In this document: positions 10,275-20,427 of the stretch, piece after piece | How positions within the stretch are numbered: position 1 is the first letter of the stretch | How the letters are laid out: each line of letters starts with the position of its first letter | NCBI GenBank assembly: GCA_037146775.1 | Contig: JBAWWL010000002.1 | Span: forward strand, 198,554 to 262,553 | Direction of reading: 5' to 3' | DNA from: Candidatus Omnitrophota bacterium | GTDB lineage: Bacteria > Omnitrophota > Gorgyraeia > Duberdicusellales > 4484-171 | Length of the DNA stretch: 64,000 nucleotides | Program-made: the position numbers and the translations under genes | Notes under the pieces: generated by a model | Database searches by the model: none | Told to the model about the DNA's origin: nothing | The model's input: the letters and a program-made list of their open reading frames with translations, nothing else

Positions 10275-11405
10275 ATGAAAATATCCAGGTTAGCTTTTTG
10301 TGCGGTTATAATAGCTTTGGTATTATACGCGTCTGTTGTTAACGTTAGCGTGCAATGTCCAGTTGTCTCCCGGATGGCTATGCCAAAGGGCTCGGAAATT
10401 TTAAAGGTCAAGCCGGCTCAAGTATGCAAATTTCTATCTTTTTCAACTATTGTCTACGCTCAAGAAACAGGAATAAATCAGGAAGAAGCTTTTCTTAAAA
10501 AGATGCCGCAGGATATTTTAGAAAGAATCGCCGAAAAGGGCCGGCCCGACGTAAGGGGTATGCTTGATCGTAATCGTCAAGGCTGGTTGCATCCCAGATT
10601 CCAGATGCCTGCGGCATTGTATCTTATTGTTGCTGCGTCTCAAGGTTCAGAGAGCCGCGCCAATGACGCCTGGCGGGCAATCGACGCGGTATTTGAGCGT
10701 CAAACAGAAGCGGGGAATTTTCAGCTTGGCTCTTTCAACGGGAAAAAGCCGGGCAGAATGGATGATTTATCCGGAGTTTCTTTTTGGCTCAACAGCCTTT
10801 GCCATGCTATTTTAGTGGTTCAGCAAAGCGACATGGCTGCGGCTTTTGATGAACGCATTAAAGTGTTGATGCCGAAGATCAAGAAAACAGCATATTGGCT
10901 GGCTGACGGATGCGACGAGCTTAAGAGCTATGACGTTCAGGCGGCAAATCGTCTTTTTCATGATGCGAATGCTTTCGGCTTTTCCGGGCTCTTGCTTAAT
11001 GACGAAAATCTTAAAAGTATAGGTAGAGATTTTTTGGAAGCAGGCTTAAAACTTCAACGTGAAGACGGCGTGTTTATGGAGAAGGGAGGGCATGATTCCG
11101 GTTACCAAGCGGTTTCTCTTATGTTGTTGCAATCCTATGCCATATATTTTCCGGAAGAAAGACTCAACCAGGCTATAGAACGGGGTATTAAGTGGGAGTT
11201 AAGCCGCGTAAAAGATAACGGCGAAATAGAAGTCGCAGGCAACACACGTACCGGATTAGGGCAGGAAGAATTCTTTGGAAAAATTAAAGATGTTAGTTAT
11301 GAATCGGCAGTCTTGGCATTTTTATATTATGCCGGCCGCACCGGCAGCCAAGATACAACCGCTACGGCAGAACGGATATATAAGTATGTTACACTGAAAA
11401 GATAG
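10275..11405 (+). CDS. Exported hypothetical protein, probably alpha/alpha-barrel
   Basis: Signal/anchor sequence; repeated QxxxGxF motifs (QTEAGNF, QREDGVF) and EKGGHDSGYQ. Confidence 0.5.
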   Translation: MKISRLAFCAVIIALVLYASVVNVSVQCPVVSRMAMPKGSEILKVKPAQVCKFLSFSTIVYAQETGINQEEAFLKKMPQDILERIAEKGRPDVRGMLDRNRQGWLHPRFQMPAALYLIVAASQGSESRANDAWRAIDAVFERQTEAGNFQLGSFNGKKPGRMDDLSGVSFWLNSLCHAILVVQQSDMAAAFDERIKVLMPKIKKTAYWLADGCDELKSYDVQAANRLFHDANAFGFSGLLLNDENLKSIGRDFLEAGLKLQREDGVFMEKGGHDSGYQAVSLMLLQSYAIYFPEERLNQAIERGIKWELSRVKDNGEIEVAGNTRTGLGQEEFFGKIKDVSYESAVLAFLYYAGRTGSQDTTATAERIYKYVTLKR

Positions 11406-11530
11406 GCACGGCTTTCAGTGGTGAAACGCTTTTAGCTTCCAATCAGTTGTCCGATTTCTAGCCCGCAACAACAGAAATAATTAGACCGCAAGATAGCCAG
11501 GATAAACCTTTCTTCTGGCCGTAAATATTC

Positions 11531-11559
11531 TTGCTATCACCACGCATCCTGGATATAAT
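11531..11559 (+). promoter_or_regulatory. Sigma70-type promoter
   Basis: TTGCTA-17 bp-TATAAT. Confidence 0.5.
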
Positions 11560-11794
11560 TAATTTATAAGTGCAGAGAGTAAGTATTTTTAGAAAAGTAT
11601 TTTGTTATTGTTCGATATCGTAGGGAGAGGAATTTGACCGCAAACTCCAGCGTACGTAACGGTAAAGAGTTTATCAAAATTGCTGCTTTTTCCATCAGCC
11701 CCGTGCGGAATTTCAAAATTTTAATTTCTAACCATAGGATAAGCGTGTTTCCAAAATTACGTTTCTGCCTTAAAGCCGGTTGGCGAGGTCTGTG

Positions 11795-12403
11795 ATGGAT
11801 GTGTTGAGCTCTGTCGGTGTTTTGTTGGGTAGCTCCTGGGCATCAGGCATCAATCTTTACATGACCGTCGCCGGTTTAGGTATCGCCCAGCGCATGCATT
11901 GGATTAATTTGCCCGGAGAGATGAATGTACTGGGTAACCCTTTGATTATTCTGGTGGCAGCAGCCATGTATGTGGTGGAATTTGTGGCAGATAAGATCCC
12001 TTTATTCGATTCAGTCTGGGATAGTGTACATACTTTTATCCGTCCTGTCGGCGCAGCAGCCCTTGGTTACATGGCTACTTCTAATATCGGCCCGGCGGCC
12101 CAGATTCCTGTCGCCTTGGTTAGCGGAGCGGTATCGCTTGACGCACATTTAACTAAAGCTACCTCGCGCGTCGCAGTTAACAGCACGATTCCCCTGGGAG
12201 TTAACTCGGTGGTCAGCCTCGGCGAAGACGCTTTTGTTTTAGGCGTACTTTATCTGATTATTAAGCACCCCGTTATTGCCGCGATATCGGTTATTCTCTT
12301 CATTATATTTTCTATCTGGTTTTTAATCATGATGTTTAAATTTTTAAAGAAAGTATTGCGTTTCATCTTCAGGTCAGGCGAGAAACCATATCAACCCGCA
12401 TGA
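11795..12403 (+). CDS. DUF4126 membrane protein
   Basis: WASGINLY, EFVADKIP and WDSVHTFIRP motifs; ATG at 11795 preferred over TTG at 11780. Confidence 0.85.
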   Translation: MDVLSSVGVLLGSSWASGINLYMTVAGLGIAQRMHWINLPGEMNVLGNPLIILVAAAMYVVEFVADKIPLFDSVWDSVHTFIRPVGAAALGYMATSNIGPAAQIPVALVSGAVSLDAHLTKATSRVAVNSTIPLGVNSVVSLGEDAFVLGVLYLIIKHPVIAAISVILFIIFSIWFLIMMFKFLKKVLRFIFRSGEKPYQPA

Positions 12404-13347
12404 GAAAATATATTTTGACTGTGACGTTGAATCCCGCCATAGATAAGACCGCCAGAGTAGATCGTCTTCGATTGGGCCGTGACCACAGGGAAGAGGAACT
12501 GCATGTAAGTGCCGGCGGTAAAGGGGTCAATGTTTCTCGTTCGCTGGCTATATTAGGAGAGCCTACTTTAGCCACAGGTATTGTGGGGGGCCATACCGGC
12601 AAGTACCTGATCGCGCAATTAACAAAAGAAGGCATTAGAAATGATTTCCTCGAAACCGAAGGCGAGACCAGGGTAAATCTTACCGTTATTGATTCTTCTT
12701 CGTACGCTATTACCCGTATTATAGAGCGCGGCGTGCCGGTTACGCAGAAGATATTCGCGGCGTTTAAAGAGAAATACAAAAAACTTGTGCAACGAGCGAG
12801 CTATGTTGTTTTCTGCGGGGCTAACGCGTATGGTTTAGACGATAGAGCCTACGGTGAGCTTATCGCCATCGCGCATCGAGCGGATGTGGCGACAGCTCTG
12901 GATACACGCGGTGAATCTTTAATAGCCGGCCTTGCGTCGAAGCCTTTTATGGTAAAGCCTAATATTGAAGAAGCCGGATATATCGTGGGCGAAAAGCTTA
13001 CTACTCTTTCAAAAATAAAGAAAGCAGCGCGCTCTATAGCGGAGCAAGGTGTGCAGATAGTGCTTATCACTATGGGCTCAAGGGGTGCGCTGGCTTATAA
13101 TGGGAAAGAGGTGATATATGCTGCTCCCGGAGCTCTGACTTGTGTTAACCATGTCGGCTGCGGAGACGCTTTTCTCGCGGGGTTCATATCTTCACACAAA
13201 AGTCGGCTGTCTTTTAAGGATTCGCTCCGGAGGGCAGTAGCTGTTGGCTCAGCCAGCGCTTTGACTAAACAGCCCGGAGATTTTCGGATGAATGATGCTA
13301 AAGAAATTTTTGCCAAAATAAGAGTAAATACGCGGTTGTGTGCGTAA
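12400..13347 (+). CDS. 1-phosphofructokinase-family hexose kinase (PfkB)
   Basis: TVTLNPAID, AGGKGVNVS, KPNIEE and VGCGDAFLAG motifs. Confidence 0.9.
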   Translation: MRKYILTVTLNPAIDKTARVDRLRLGRDHREEELHVSAGGKGVNVSRSLAILGEPTLATGIVGGHTGKYLIAQLTKEGIRNDFLETEGETRVNLTVIDSSSYAITRIIERGVPVTQKIFAAFKEKYKKLVQRASYVVFCGANAYGLDDRAYGELIAIAHRADVATALDTRGESLIAGLASKPFMVKPNIEEAGYIVGEKLTTLSKIKKAARSIAEQGVQIVLITMGSRGALAYNGKEVIYAAPGALTCVNHVGCGDAFLAGFISSHKSRLSFKDSLRRAVAVGSASALTKQPGDFRMNDAKEIFAKIRVNTRLCA

Positions 13348-13397
13348 TGTTTTGTGGCAAATTTTTTAGAAGATTGTTTCTGTAAAAAGAGGTTTTT

Positions 13398-14189
13398 ATG
13401 AGAAATTTTAGAAAAACCACGCAGCCTATTTTTGTATTATTTCTTATTTTGGTTTTAATTTCAATTTTTCTATGGCAGTTATCCCGGGAAAATAACAGGG
13501 ATATTCTTTATCAGGTTTCCATGATCGGCGCTCTAATGAAAGGCGGCTACGACACAGCGGCAGATATAAAAACACTAAAGAGCCATGGGGATTTTGGGAT
13601 AGGTACGTTTGATGCTCTTGATGGAGAAATGGTCGCCTTAGCCGGAAATTTTTACCAAGTCAGATCTGATGGCAGCGTTCATGTGGTGCTTGATGCTGCC
13701 AAAACCCCCTTTGCTTTAGTTACCTTTTTTGACGTTGACAGAAAAACCGTATTAGATAAACCGCTTGATTTGGAAAACATGAAAAAGTTTATCGACGGCC
13801 TTCTTCCTACCAAAAATATTCCCTATGCAATTAAAATCGAGGGCAGGTTTGATCACGTTAAAACCCGTAGCGTCCCGCGCCAGGAAAAACCCTATCGTGG
13901 CCTGAATGAGGCAGTTAACGAGCAGTCTGTTTTTGAATTATCTAACGTCGAGGGTGTTGTTGTTGGTTTTATAATCCCCGGTTATATGCAGGGGCTGCAT
14001 CCTTGCGGATACCACTTACATTTTTTAAGCGCAGACAGAAGATTCGGGGGTCACCTCCTGGAAGCAAAGCTTGCCCGCGGCGTTGTCAGTATCGATGATA
14101 CGTATCAGTATCACGTTACGCTGCCGAAAAATAACCAGTTTTCGCAGCTTGACCTTTCTGTCACCGACGCAGCTGCAGTAGAAAAATAG
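13398..14189 (+). CDS. budA: Alpha-acetolactate decarboxylase with N-terminal membrane anchor
   Basis: HGDFGIGTFDALDGEM, TRSVP and GYHLHF...GGH Zn-binding motifs. Confidence 0.9.
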   Translation: MRNFRKTTQPIFVLFLILVLISIFLWQLSRENNRDILYQVSMIGALMKGGYDTAADIKTLKSHGDFGIGTFDALDGEMVALAGNFYQVRSDGSVHVVLDAAKTPFALVTFFDVDRKTVLDKPLDLENMKKFIDGLLPTKNIPYAIKIEGRFDHVKTRSVPRQEKPYRGLNEAVNEQSVFELSNVEGVVVGFIIPGYMQGLHPCGYHLHFLSADRRFGGHLLEAKLARGVVSIDDTYQYHVTLPKNNQFSQLDLSVTDAAAVEK

Positions 14190-14226
14190 ATTTTTCTTAT
14201 TAGAATTTTTTCATTAAGCTTAATTT

Positions 14227-15048
14227 ATGTGCGTTAAATCTCGGATATATCTTACTGCTTTATTAGTCTTGGTAATGGGTTGTGCAACTCTACCTAATGC
14301 CGGTCAGTTTGCCCAGTCCCATGGATTTGAGAAAAAATACCTCAAAACAACGCACTTTAGCCTCGCGTCTCAATACCGTTTCGCTAAAGTCGGTGAGCCT
14401 ATTACTATTTATATCGAAGGCGATGGCTGCGCCTGGGTTAACCGCAATCAGGTATCAAGCGACCCTACTCCTAAGAATCAATTAGTCTTAGCGCTTGCTG
14501 CGATAGACCCCGCAAGCAACGTAGCTTATCTGGCCAGGCCAGGGCAATATCCTGAATCCGGAAAGCCGGATTGCGCTTTAACCTACTGGACTGATAAACG
14601 TTTTTCGGAAGAGGTGGTTAGCTCGATGAACGAGGCTATAGATCAGCTTGCGTTCCGTGTTCAGGCAAATAAAATAAATCTTGTGGGGTATTCGGGAGGA
14701 GCGGCAGTGGCTGTTCTGATAGCTTCAAGGCGTAACGACGTTATAAGTTTGCGGACCATAGCGGGTAACCTCGATCCCAACGCCCTAAACCGTTATCATA
14801 AGGTGAGTGAACTTAAAAATGCGCTTAATCCTATGGATGTGGCAGAAAAAGTAAAAAATATACCACAACGTCACTTTGTAGGCTCACAGGATAAGATTGT
14901 ACCTGTTTTTATCGCGGAATCTTTTGTGAAGCGTATGGGCGAAAAAAATATACTGCTTGTTATCGTGGTCGATGGTGCTACCCATGCAACGGGCTGGCTC
15001 AAGCAATGGAAAAAACTTCTCGATTATCCTCTTGGAGAAGCGTGGTAG
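14227..15048 (+). CDS. Alpha/beta hydrolase lipoprotein
   Basis: Lipobox VMGC; IYIEGDG; GYSGG nucleophile elbow. Confidence 0.8.
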   Translation: MCVKSRIYLTALLVLVMGCATLPNAGQFAQSHGFEKKYLKTTHFSLASQYRFAKVGEPITIYIEGDGCAWVNRNQVSSDPTPKNQLVLALAAIDPASNVAYLARPGQYPESGKPDCALTYWTDKRFSEEVVSSMNEAIDQLAFRVQANKINLVGYSGGAAVAVLIASRRNDVISLRTIAGNLDPNALNRYHKVSELKNALNPMDVAEKVKNIPQRHFVGSQDKIVPVFIAESFVKRMGEKNILLVIVVDGATHATGWLKQWKKLLDYPLGEAW

Positions 15049-15194
15049 TCGCAGGGTCGTTATCCGGAGATTTCTATTTTGACATCTTTCTAATTCCGCA
15101 GTAAAGTAGATAATATATAGCTTTTTTAAACTAAGCTTTCCACGATAGGCAGACAAAGCTAAGCATTTAAACAAATCATAAAGGAGATTGCCAG

Positions 15195-16235
15195 ATGACA
15201 GCAAAGGAAAAATTAGATTTATCCGCCATCGCCGAAGAAGAGCTTTTGAAGCTGCGCGTAAAAGACTTGCCTTTAAGTATAGAGGGTACCTGGCTTGCCG
15301 ATTGCGTTCAGCAGTTTTACCAGGAACTAGAATCAAAAGGTATAAAATTTAAGCCTGTTTGTTATCTGGCTGATGAATGGTTTGCTCCTGATCAAGAGCC
15401 GGAAATCAGCATACCGTTCTTTTTGGCCCACCCCGCGCTTATAAAACTTGAAAAGAAAATGATGCGTGAGGCTGAAGGAGAAACCAAGTCTTGGTGTATG
15501 CAGCTTTTACGCCATGAAGCCGGACACGCTATCAACTATGCGTATAAATTATATCAATTACCGGAATGGAAAAAAATATTCGGCCAGTTTTCCAAAGAGT
15601 ATGGAGATGCGTACAGGTTTCGGCCTTACAGTAAGAGTTTTGTCAGGCATTTGGAAAAGTATTATGCACAATGCCATCCCGACGAGGATTTTGCCGAAAC
15701 CTTTGCGGTGTGGCTTACTCCGGGTTTGGATTGGCAAAATCAGTATAAAGGCTGGAAGGCTTTAGGTAAGCTCCAGTATGTTGACAGAATTGTGCAGGAA
15801 ATTAAAGACAAGCCGCCTCTGGTTAAAAAAGGCCAAAAATACCGCAAGGCGTCTTTGTTGAAACTTACCTTGGCGAATTATTATAAAAAGAAAAAACATA
15901 TTTATGCCGAAGATTTTCCTGATTTTCACGACAGCAACCTCACCAAGATATTTTTTGATCAGCATAAGGATGATACGAAACTTCCCTATGCTTACAGCAT
16001 AATCAAAAAGTATAAAGATACAATCGGCGATAACGTTTCAATCTGGACCGGAGAAAAAAAATTCATCATAAACGATTTGCTCGAGACATTGATCGCAAGG
16101 TGCAGGCATCTCGGTTTGTTGAATCCGATTTCTGAGCAGCAGGCAATACTTAAGGTTTCGGTTTACGTTACCGCGCTGATAATGAACTATGTGCATACCG
16201 GAAGATTTTTGAGGAAAGAATGGAAAAGAAGTTAA
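15195..16235 (+). CDS. Putative zinc-binding metallopeptidase (zincin)
   Basis: HEAGH (HExxH) plus HPDEDFAETFAVW. Confidence 0.8.
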   Translation: MTAKEKLDLSAIAEEELLKLRVKDLPLSIEGTWLADCVQQFYQELESKGIKFKPVCYLADEWFAPDQEPEISIPFFLAHPALIKLEKKMMREAEGETKSWCMQLLRHEAGHAINYAYKLYQLPEWKKIFGQFSKEYGDAYRFRPYSKSFVRHLEKYYAQCHPDEDFAETFAVWLTPGLDWQNQYKGWKALGKLQYVDRIVQEIKDKPPLVKKGQKYRKASLLKLTLANYYKKKKHIYAEDFPDFHDSNLTKIFFDQHKDDTKLPYAYSIIKKYKDTIGDNVSIWTGEKKFIINDLLETLIARCRHLGLLNPISEQQAILKVSVYVTALIMNYVHTGRFLRKEWKRS

Positions 16236-17242
16236 AAGTCCTCTTGGTTTTTGACTGTCCTTATCATACCGAGCGCGGTTATGACTTTGCCAAGGAATTC
16301 AAAGAACCGGATTGGGATACCCAGCTTAATGTGTACGAGGCGCTCAAAGAAAACGGCCACGAGGTAAGCTTGCTTGGGGTGCACGACGATACCATCGTAT
16401 TGGTTGAAGAAATACGCCAGAATAAACCCGACGTGGTGTTTAATATTATGGAGGGATTTAGAAAAAAAACCAATCTTGAAAGAAATGCTGCCTGGTTGCT
16501 TGAGATGCTGAATCTTCCTTTCACTGGCGCAGGAGCGAGCGCGCTTCTTATTTGTAACGATAAAGCTATCAGTAAAAAGATCTTAAGTTTTCATAAAATA
16601 CGCGTGCCGAATTTCCATACTTTTTATCGAAACAGAAAAGTAAAGCCCATCAAGCGGCCTAAGCTGCCTTTGATTGTTAAGCCTTTATGTGAAGAGGCTT
16701 CTGTGGGTATATCACAGGCGTCGGTGGTAGACAGCACGGAGGCCTGTGTTGAGAGGATAAAATTCATTCATGAAAAAAATAACATGGATGCTATTGTGGA
16801 AGAATATATTGCCGGAAGAGAATTCTACGTAAGTGTGGTAGGCAATAAAATGCTTGAAGTTTTGCCCATACGGGAAATGAAATTCGGCGAGATCGCCGAA
16901 CCGGAAAGTAGAATTGCCACCTACAAGGCAAAGTGGGACAATGATTACCGCAAAAAATGGGGGATACAAAATGTTTTTGCCAATAACATGCCTGAAGGGT
17001 TAGAAAAAAAGCTTACGCATATTTGCAAAACTGCCTACCGGGCGTTACAACTGAATTCTTATGCCCGCTTTGATGTGAGAGTTACCGCTGACGGGCGTAT
17101 TTATGTTTTAGAGGCCAACGCCAATCCTTGTCTGGCTAAAGATGATGAGATAGCCCAGTCTGCGGAGAAAAGCGGCACCCCCTACAATAAACTCATCCAG
17201 AAAATAGTCTCCCTCGCGTTAAATAATATCGATAATGCGTAA
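16220..17242 (+). CDS. ATP-grasp ligase, D-Ala-D-Ala ligase-like
   Basis: IVKP...SVGI, VEEYIAGRE, YARFDVR and LEANANP motifs. Confidence 0.85.
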   Translation: MEKKLKVLLVFDCPYHTERGYDFAKEFKEPDWDTQLNVYEALKENGHEVSLLGVHDDTIVLVEEIRQNKPDVVFNIMEGFRKKTNLERNAAWLLEMLNLPFTGAGASALLICNDKAISKKILSFHKIRVPNFHTFYRNRKVKPIKRPKLPLIVKPLCEEASVGISQASVVDSTEACVERIKFIHEKNNMDAIVEEYIAGREFYVSVVGNKMLEVLPIREMKFGEIAEPESRIATYKAKWDNDYRKKWGIQNVFANNMPEGLEKKLTHICKTAYRALQLNSYARFDVRVTADGRIYVLEANANPCLAKDDEIAQSAEKSGTPYNKLIQKIVSLALNNIDNA

Positions 17243-17374
17243 TCCCTGATGTGTGCATACAATCTCTTTGCGTGAGAATATTTTTTTCAAAAAGCGGTGT
17301 TTATGGCGCAGGTATTACGCGCGGGGTTATTGCGGCGAATTTTTCTGTTACGTGTATTTAAAGAAATATAATAT

Positions 17375-18382
17375 ATGGAGATGAACCAACCAGGTAGTAA
17401 TAATCGAGACGGGCAGATGATGATTAAGGGTTTTGTAACGCCCGAAAAAGCTAAATTACAGGCAGAAACGCTGGCGAATAGTCTTCGTAAGAGGCTCAAG
17501 CATTTATCTAAACGCTTCAAGCGTGAGGGGATTGATTGTTTTAGGCTTTATGATTGGGATAGTCCGGATATTCGTGTGGTTGTTGACTGGTATGCGGGGC
17601 ATATAGTTGTTGCGGAGTACGAGCGTACCCAAACCGGCCCCGAATATCTGCCTCAGATGGCTCTTGCGGCGGCAGAAGCTCTGTGCGTTTCGCCGGACAA
17701 GGTTCATATTAAGCGCCGGCATACAAATATCGAGCACGGCCCCCGTTATACGAGGATGGATTCTCGTGGACAACGTTTCGTAGTACGCGAAAGGAATCTG
17801 CGGTTTTGGGTAAATATGAGCGATTTTCTCGATACCGGTCTTTTTTCCGATCATCGCGATACACGTGTTATTATCGGTAAACTTGCCCAGGGTAAAGATT
17901 TCTTAAATTTATTTGCGTATACGGGAACGTTTACATGTGCGGCAGCGTCAGGCGGAGCGCGGACAACCGTGACCGTTGATCGTTCTAAGACTTACATTGA
18001 TTGGGCTAAAGAAAATCTTTTGTTAAACGGACTTTCGGGAGAACAGCATACATTCACTCAGTCGGACGTAATGAAGTATGTATCGAATGCGTTTGGCCAT
18101 ACGCGGCGTTTCACTTTGGCGTTTATTGACCCGCCATCTTTTTTTAAAGACCAGAATGCGCGGGTATCATTTGATATAAACCGCGACCATCCCGCATTGC
18201 TTCGCAATGTTGTAAAACTTATGAAGCCGGGTTCCGATGTATTTTTCTCGACAAATCACCAGCGTTTCCAGCCTCGCTTTAATGAAATTACGGTGAAAGA
18301 AATCATTGCCTTGACTCCTAAAACAATACCCGAAGATTATCGTAATCGCGGTATTCATGCGTGTTGGCACATGAAAGTATAA
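17375..18382 (+). CDS. 23S rRNA methyltransferase, RlmK/RlmI-like
   Basis: FRLYDWD, DTGLFSDHR, LNLFAYTG and DPPSF motifs; true start may be ~17417. Confidence 0.8.
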   Translation: MEMNQPGSNNRDGQMMIKGFVTPEKAKLQAETLANSLRKRLKHLSKRFKREGIDCFRLYDWDSPDIRVVVDWYAGHIVVAEYERTQTGPEYLPQMALAAAEALCVSPDKVHIKRRHTNIEHGPRYTRMDSRGQRFVVRERNLRFWVNMSDFLDTGLFSDHRDTRVIIGKLAQGKDFLNLFAYTGTFTCAAASGGARTTVTVDRSKTYIDWAKENLLLNGLSGEQHTFTQSDVMKYVSNAFGHTRRFTLAFIDPPSFFKDQNARVSFDINRDHPALLRNVVKLMKPGSDVFFSTNHQRFQPRFNEITVKEIIALTPKTIPEDYRNRGIHACWHMKV

Positions 18383-18457
18383 TGATTGGCAGATTCAGTT
18401 TACAAATAAAAATTTGCAGGGGGTTGAGAGCCGGTATCAACAAAAGAGGAGGAGAGG

Positions 18458-18898
18458 ATGAATAGGATAATTCTTTTTCCACTCGGTATTTTTTTGATGG
18501 CGTGTATGTCTTTGCAGGTATTGGGCAAGGCAATGCCCGTGGCAGATCTTGTCGAAGAGTACGGCCTTGGCGATACCAATAAAGTGACTGTGAGCGCGGT
18601 TGTATTGATTACGAAATTAAAAAACGTCGAAAAACCGCACGTGATCGAGATAGACAAGAATGATATACCTTTACTGTTGGCTGCCTTGCATAAAGTATCT
18701 TTTGAGCAAGGCGTTTACCACAAATGTTTAGGCGATTACAATGTCAGTTTTTATAGCGAGAAAGGCACACATATTTTAAATCTCGGCCATAAAACCATGA
18801 TTCAAACACAAAAGGGGATATACCATCTTGGCGATGATTTCGTAGCGATAATGAAAAAATATTTACCGCAATACTATTTAGATAAGGAGGCAAAATGA
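18458..18898 (+). CDS. Exported hypothetical protein
   Basis: RBS GGAGGAGAGG; signal-like N-terminus; ATGA overlap with next gene. Confidence 0.55.
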   Translation: MNRIILFPLGIFLMACMSLQVLGKAMPVADLVEEYGLGDTNKVTVSAVVLITKLKNVEKPHVIEIDKNDIPLLLAALHKVSFEQGVYHKCLGDYNVSFYSEKGTHILNLGHKTMIQTQKGIYHLGDDFVAIMKKYLPQYYLDKEAK

Positions 18899-19320
18899 AA
18901 CGAGTAACCAAGGCGGCCCTTGTAATAAGTTTTGTCGTAGTGTTAAGTTTGCCTGTCTATGCGCGCAGTTTCATAGGTATAGGCACAGTAGGTATTTTTG
19001 AGCCGCAGATAGAGCCGGAATTACTTGCTCCTGTTACTGAAGAGGTTGATCTTTCCGGGAAAGATTCACTCGAGTTCAAATGGTTGCGCCGGTCATTGAT
19101 AGGCGTTGACCATTATGATTTTAGATTGTACAAAGGATATGATATGTATGGTTCGAATTTAATTCTTCAAGAAAAAGTACCGTACAATGCAGGCTCAATC
19201 AAGGTCAAGGCAGATTTATTTGAGATAGATCAAGTGTATACCTGGTCTCTGGTGCGCGTTGCGGATAACGGCAATAAAAGCGAGAAGAGTTTCTACTCAT
19301 TTAGGGTAGCGAAGAAATAA
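18895..19320 (+). CDS. Exported hypothetical protein, Ig/FN3-like beta-sandwich
   Basis: Signal peptide; LLAP...LEFKW...Y...YTW pattern. Confidence 0.6.
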   Translation: MKRVTKAALVISFVVVLSLPVYARSFIGIGTVGIFEPQIEPELLAPVTEEVDLSGKDSLEFKWLRRSLIGVDHYDFRLYKGYDMYGSNLILQEKVPYNAGSIKVKADLFEIDQVYTWSLVRVADNGNKSEKSFYSFRVAKK

Positions 19321-19330
19321 GAATAAAATA

Positions 19331-19352
19331 CGGAGCAGTTGAAATTGCTCCG
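19331..19352. terminator. Hairpin, possible terminator
   Basis: CGGAGCA-gttgaaat-TGCTCCG just after a stop codon; U-tract only on the minus side. Confidence 0.35.
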
Positions 19353-19362
19353 GGTAGTTAAA

Positions 19363-19474
19363 GGGGTCAGACCCATAATTAAAGGGGTCAGATCTTCAGA
19401 TGTCAGATAAATTGCGGAAGGTAGTTAAAGTAATTAAAGGGGTCAGACCTTCAGATGTCAGATAAATTGCGGAA
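19363..19474 (+). repeat. Cluster of three GGGGTCAGAC repeats (one truncated, two ~36 bp)
   Basis: ggggtcagacc (19363), ggggtcagatcttcagatgtcagataaattgcggaa (19384), ggggtcagaccttcagatgtcagataaattgcggaa (19439); match the left end of the transposase at 24283. Confidence 0.9.
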
Positions 19475-19537
19475 AGGTAATGTTTTCCTAGGTAGTTCTT
19501 TTGACAGATTTTCCATTTCGCGGTATATTTAAGAATC

Positions 19538-19876
19538 ATGAATGGATCCAAACATCAGTGGTTGCGCGCGTTTGTCCTGGGCGCTATGCTTAGCTTCCTG
19601 CTAATAATTGCTATAATTCTTTTGTGGCGGGTACGTACAAGCGGTTTTGCATTTACAGGTACAGGCATAAAACATTTCGGCGAATTGTTTCAGGGAAACC
19701 TACTCCTGCATATTTTTCTTGGTTTTTTTATTTCAGTTTTTAGCTCCACCATTTTTGTTTATTTTCTGGGCTGGTTTATTATAATTAGTATAGGAAAGTA
19801 TATTGTGAGGTCCTCGCAAAGATGTTGTGGGTTAAATTTATGGCTTACTATCACACGATTTCTACGTATCCTTTAA
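19538..19876 (+). CDS. Small hypothetical membrane protein
   Basis: Two hydrophobic segments; TTGACA...TATATT promoter-like sequence at 19501-19530. Confidence 0.45.
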   Translation: MNGSKHQWLRAFVLGAMLSFLLIIAIILLWRVRTSGFAFTGTGIKHFGELFQGNLLLHIFLGFFISVFSSTIFVYFLGWFIIISIGKYIVRSSQRCCGLNLWLTITRFLRIL

Positions 19877-19889
19877 GGATAAGTAGCTT

Positions 19890-20369
19890 ATGAAACGTGA
19901 TTATCGTTATTTAAAAGAAATTGCAGAGAAAGGTGTCTTCAAAGAAGGCCAGGAGGTAGAGGCAGTGGTATATGCTTTTACTGACTTAGGCGTCAAGGTT
20001 GCAATTAATGATATGTATAGCGGGCTTGCTTACAAAAATGAAATTTTTGACGATCTCGACTGTGGCCAACAGCTAAAGGCCTTTATAAAATGTATAAGAG
20101 AAGACGGTAGGATTGATGTTTCGCTGCGGCCGCGGGAAGGAAAGCAAGTTTTGGATACGGCAGGGAAAATTCTCAAATTGCTTAATGAAGCGGGTGGGCG
20201 ATTATCATTTAATGATAAGAGTTCCCCCGAGGATATTAAAAAGCACTTTCAAACAAGTAAGAAAGTTTTTAAAAAAGCAATCGGAGTGCTCTATAAACAG
20301 CGCAGAATAAAAATCACAACCACCGGCATTGAAATGGTTCCTGCGAGTAATTGTGATCGGCAAAAATGA
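19890..20369 (+). CDS. CvfB-like S1 + winged-helix RNA-binding protein (short form)
   Basis: S1 motif IREDGRIDVSL; DKSSPEDIK..F..SKKVFKKAIG.LYK winged-helix motif. Confidence 0.8.
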   Translation: MKRDYRYLKEIAEKGVFKEGQEVEAVVYAFTDLGVKVAINDMYSGLAYKNEIFDDLDCGQQLKAFIKCIREDGRIDVSLRPREGKQVLDTAGKILKLLNEAGGRLSFNDKSSPEDIKKHFQTSKKVFKKAIGVLYKQRRIKITTTGIEMVPASNCDRQK

Positions 20370-20427
20370 TATTGAACGTCTATGCAGGAAAGATTAAAAC
20401 CCCGTTGCGTACAGCGAGGCAAAGTGA

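Noticed and set aside
11570-11700. Glycine riboswitch (GGAGAG-like motifs)
   Set aside because: No CCGAAG or CTCTCAGG elements, and the downstream gene is unrelated.
16220-17242. ddl gene symbol
   Set aside because: Lacks the Ddl N-terminal motif and mur context; paired with a peptidase instead.
19363-19474. CRISPR array (two ~36-bp direct repeats)
   Set aside because: Spacers are short and themselves repetitive, no cas genes are present, and the unit matches the transposase ends at 24283 and 29981.
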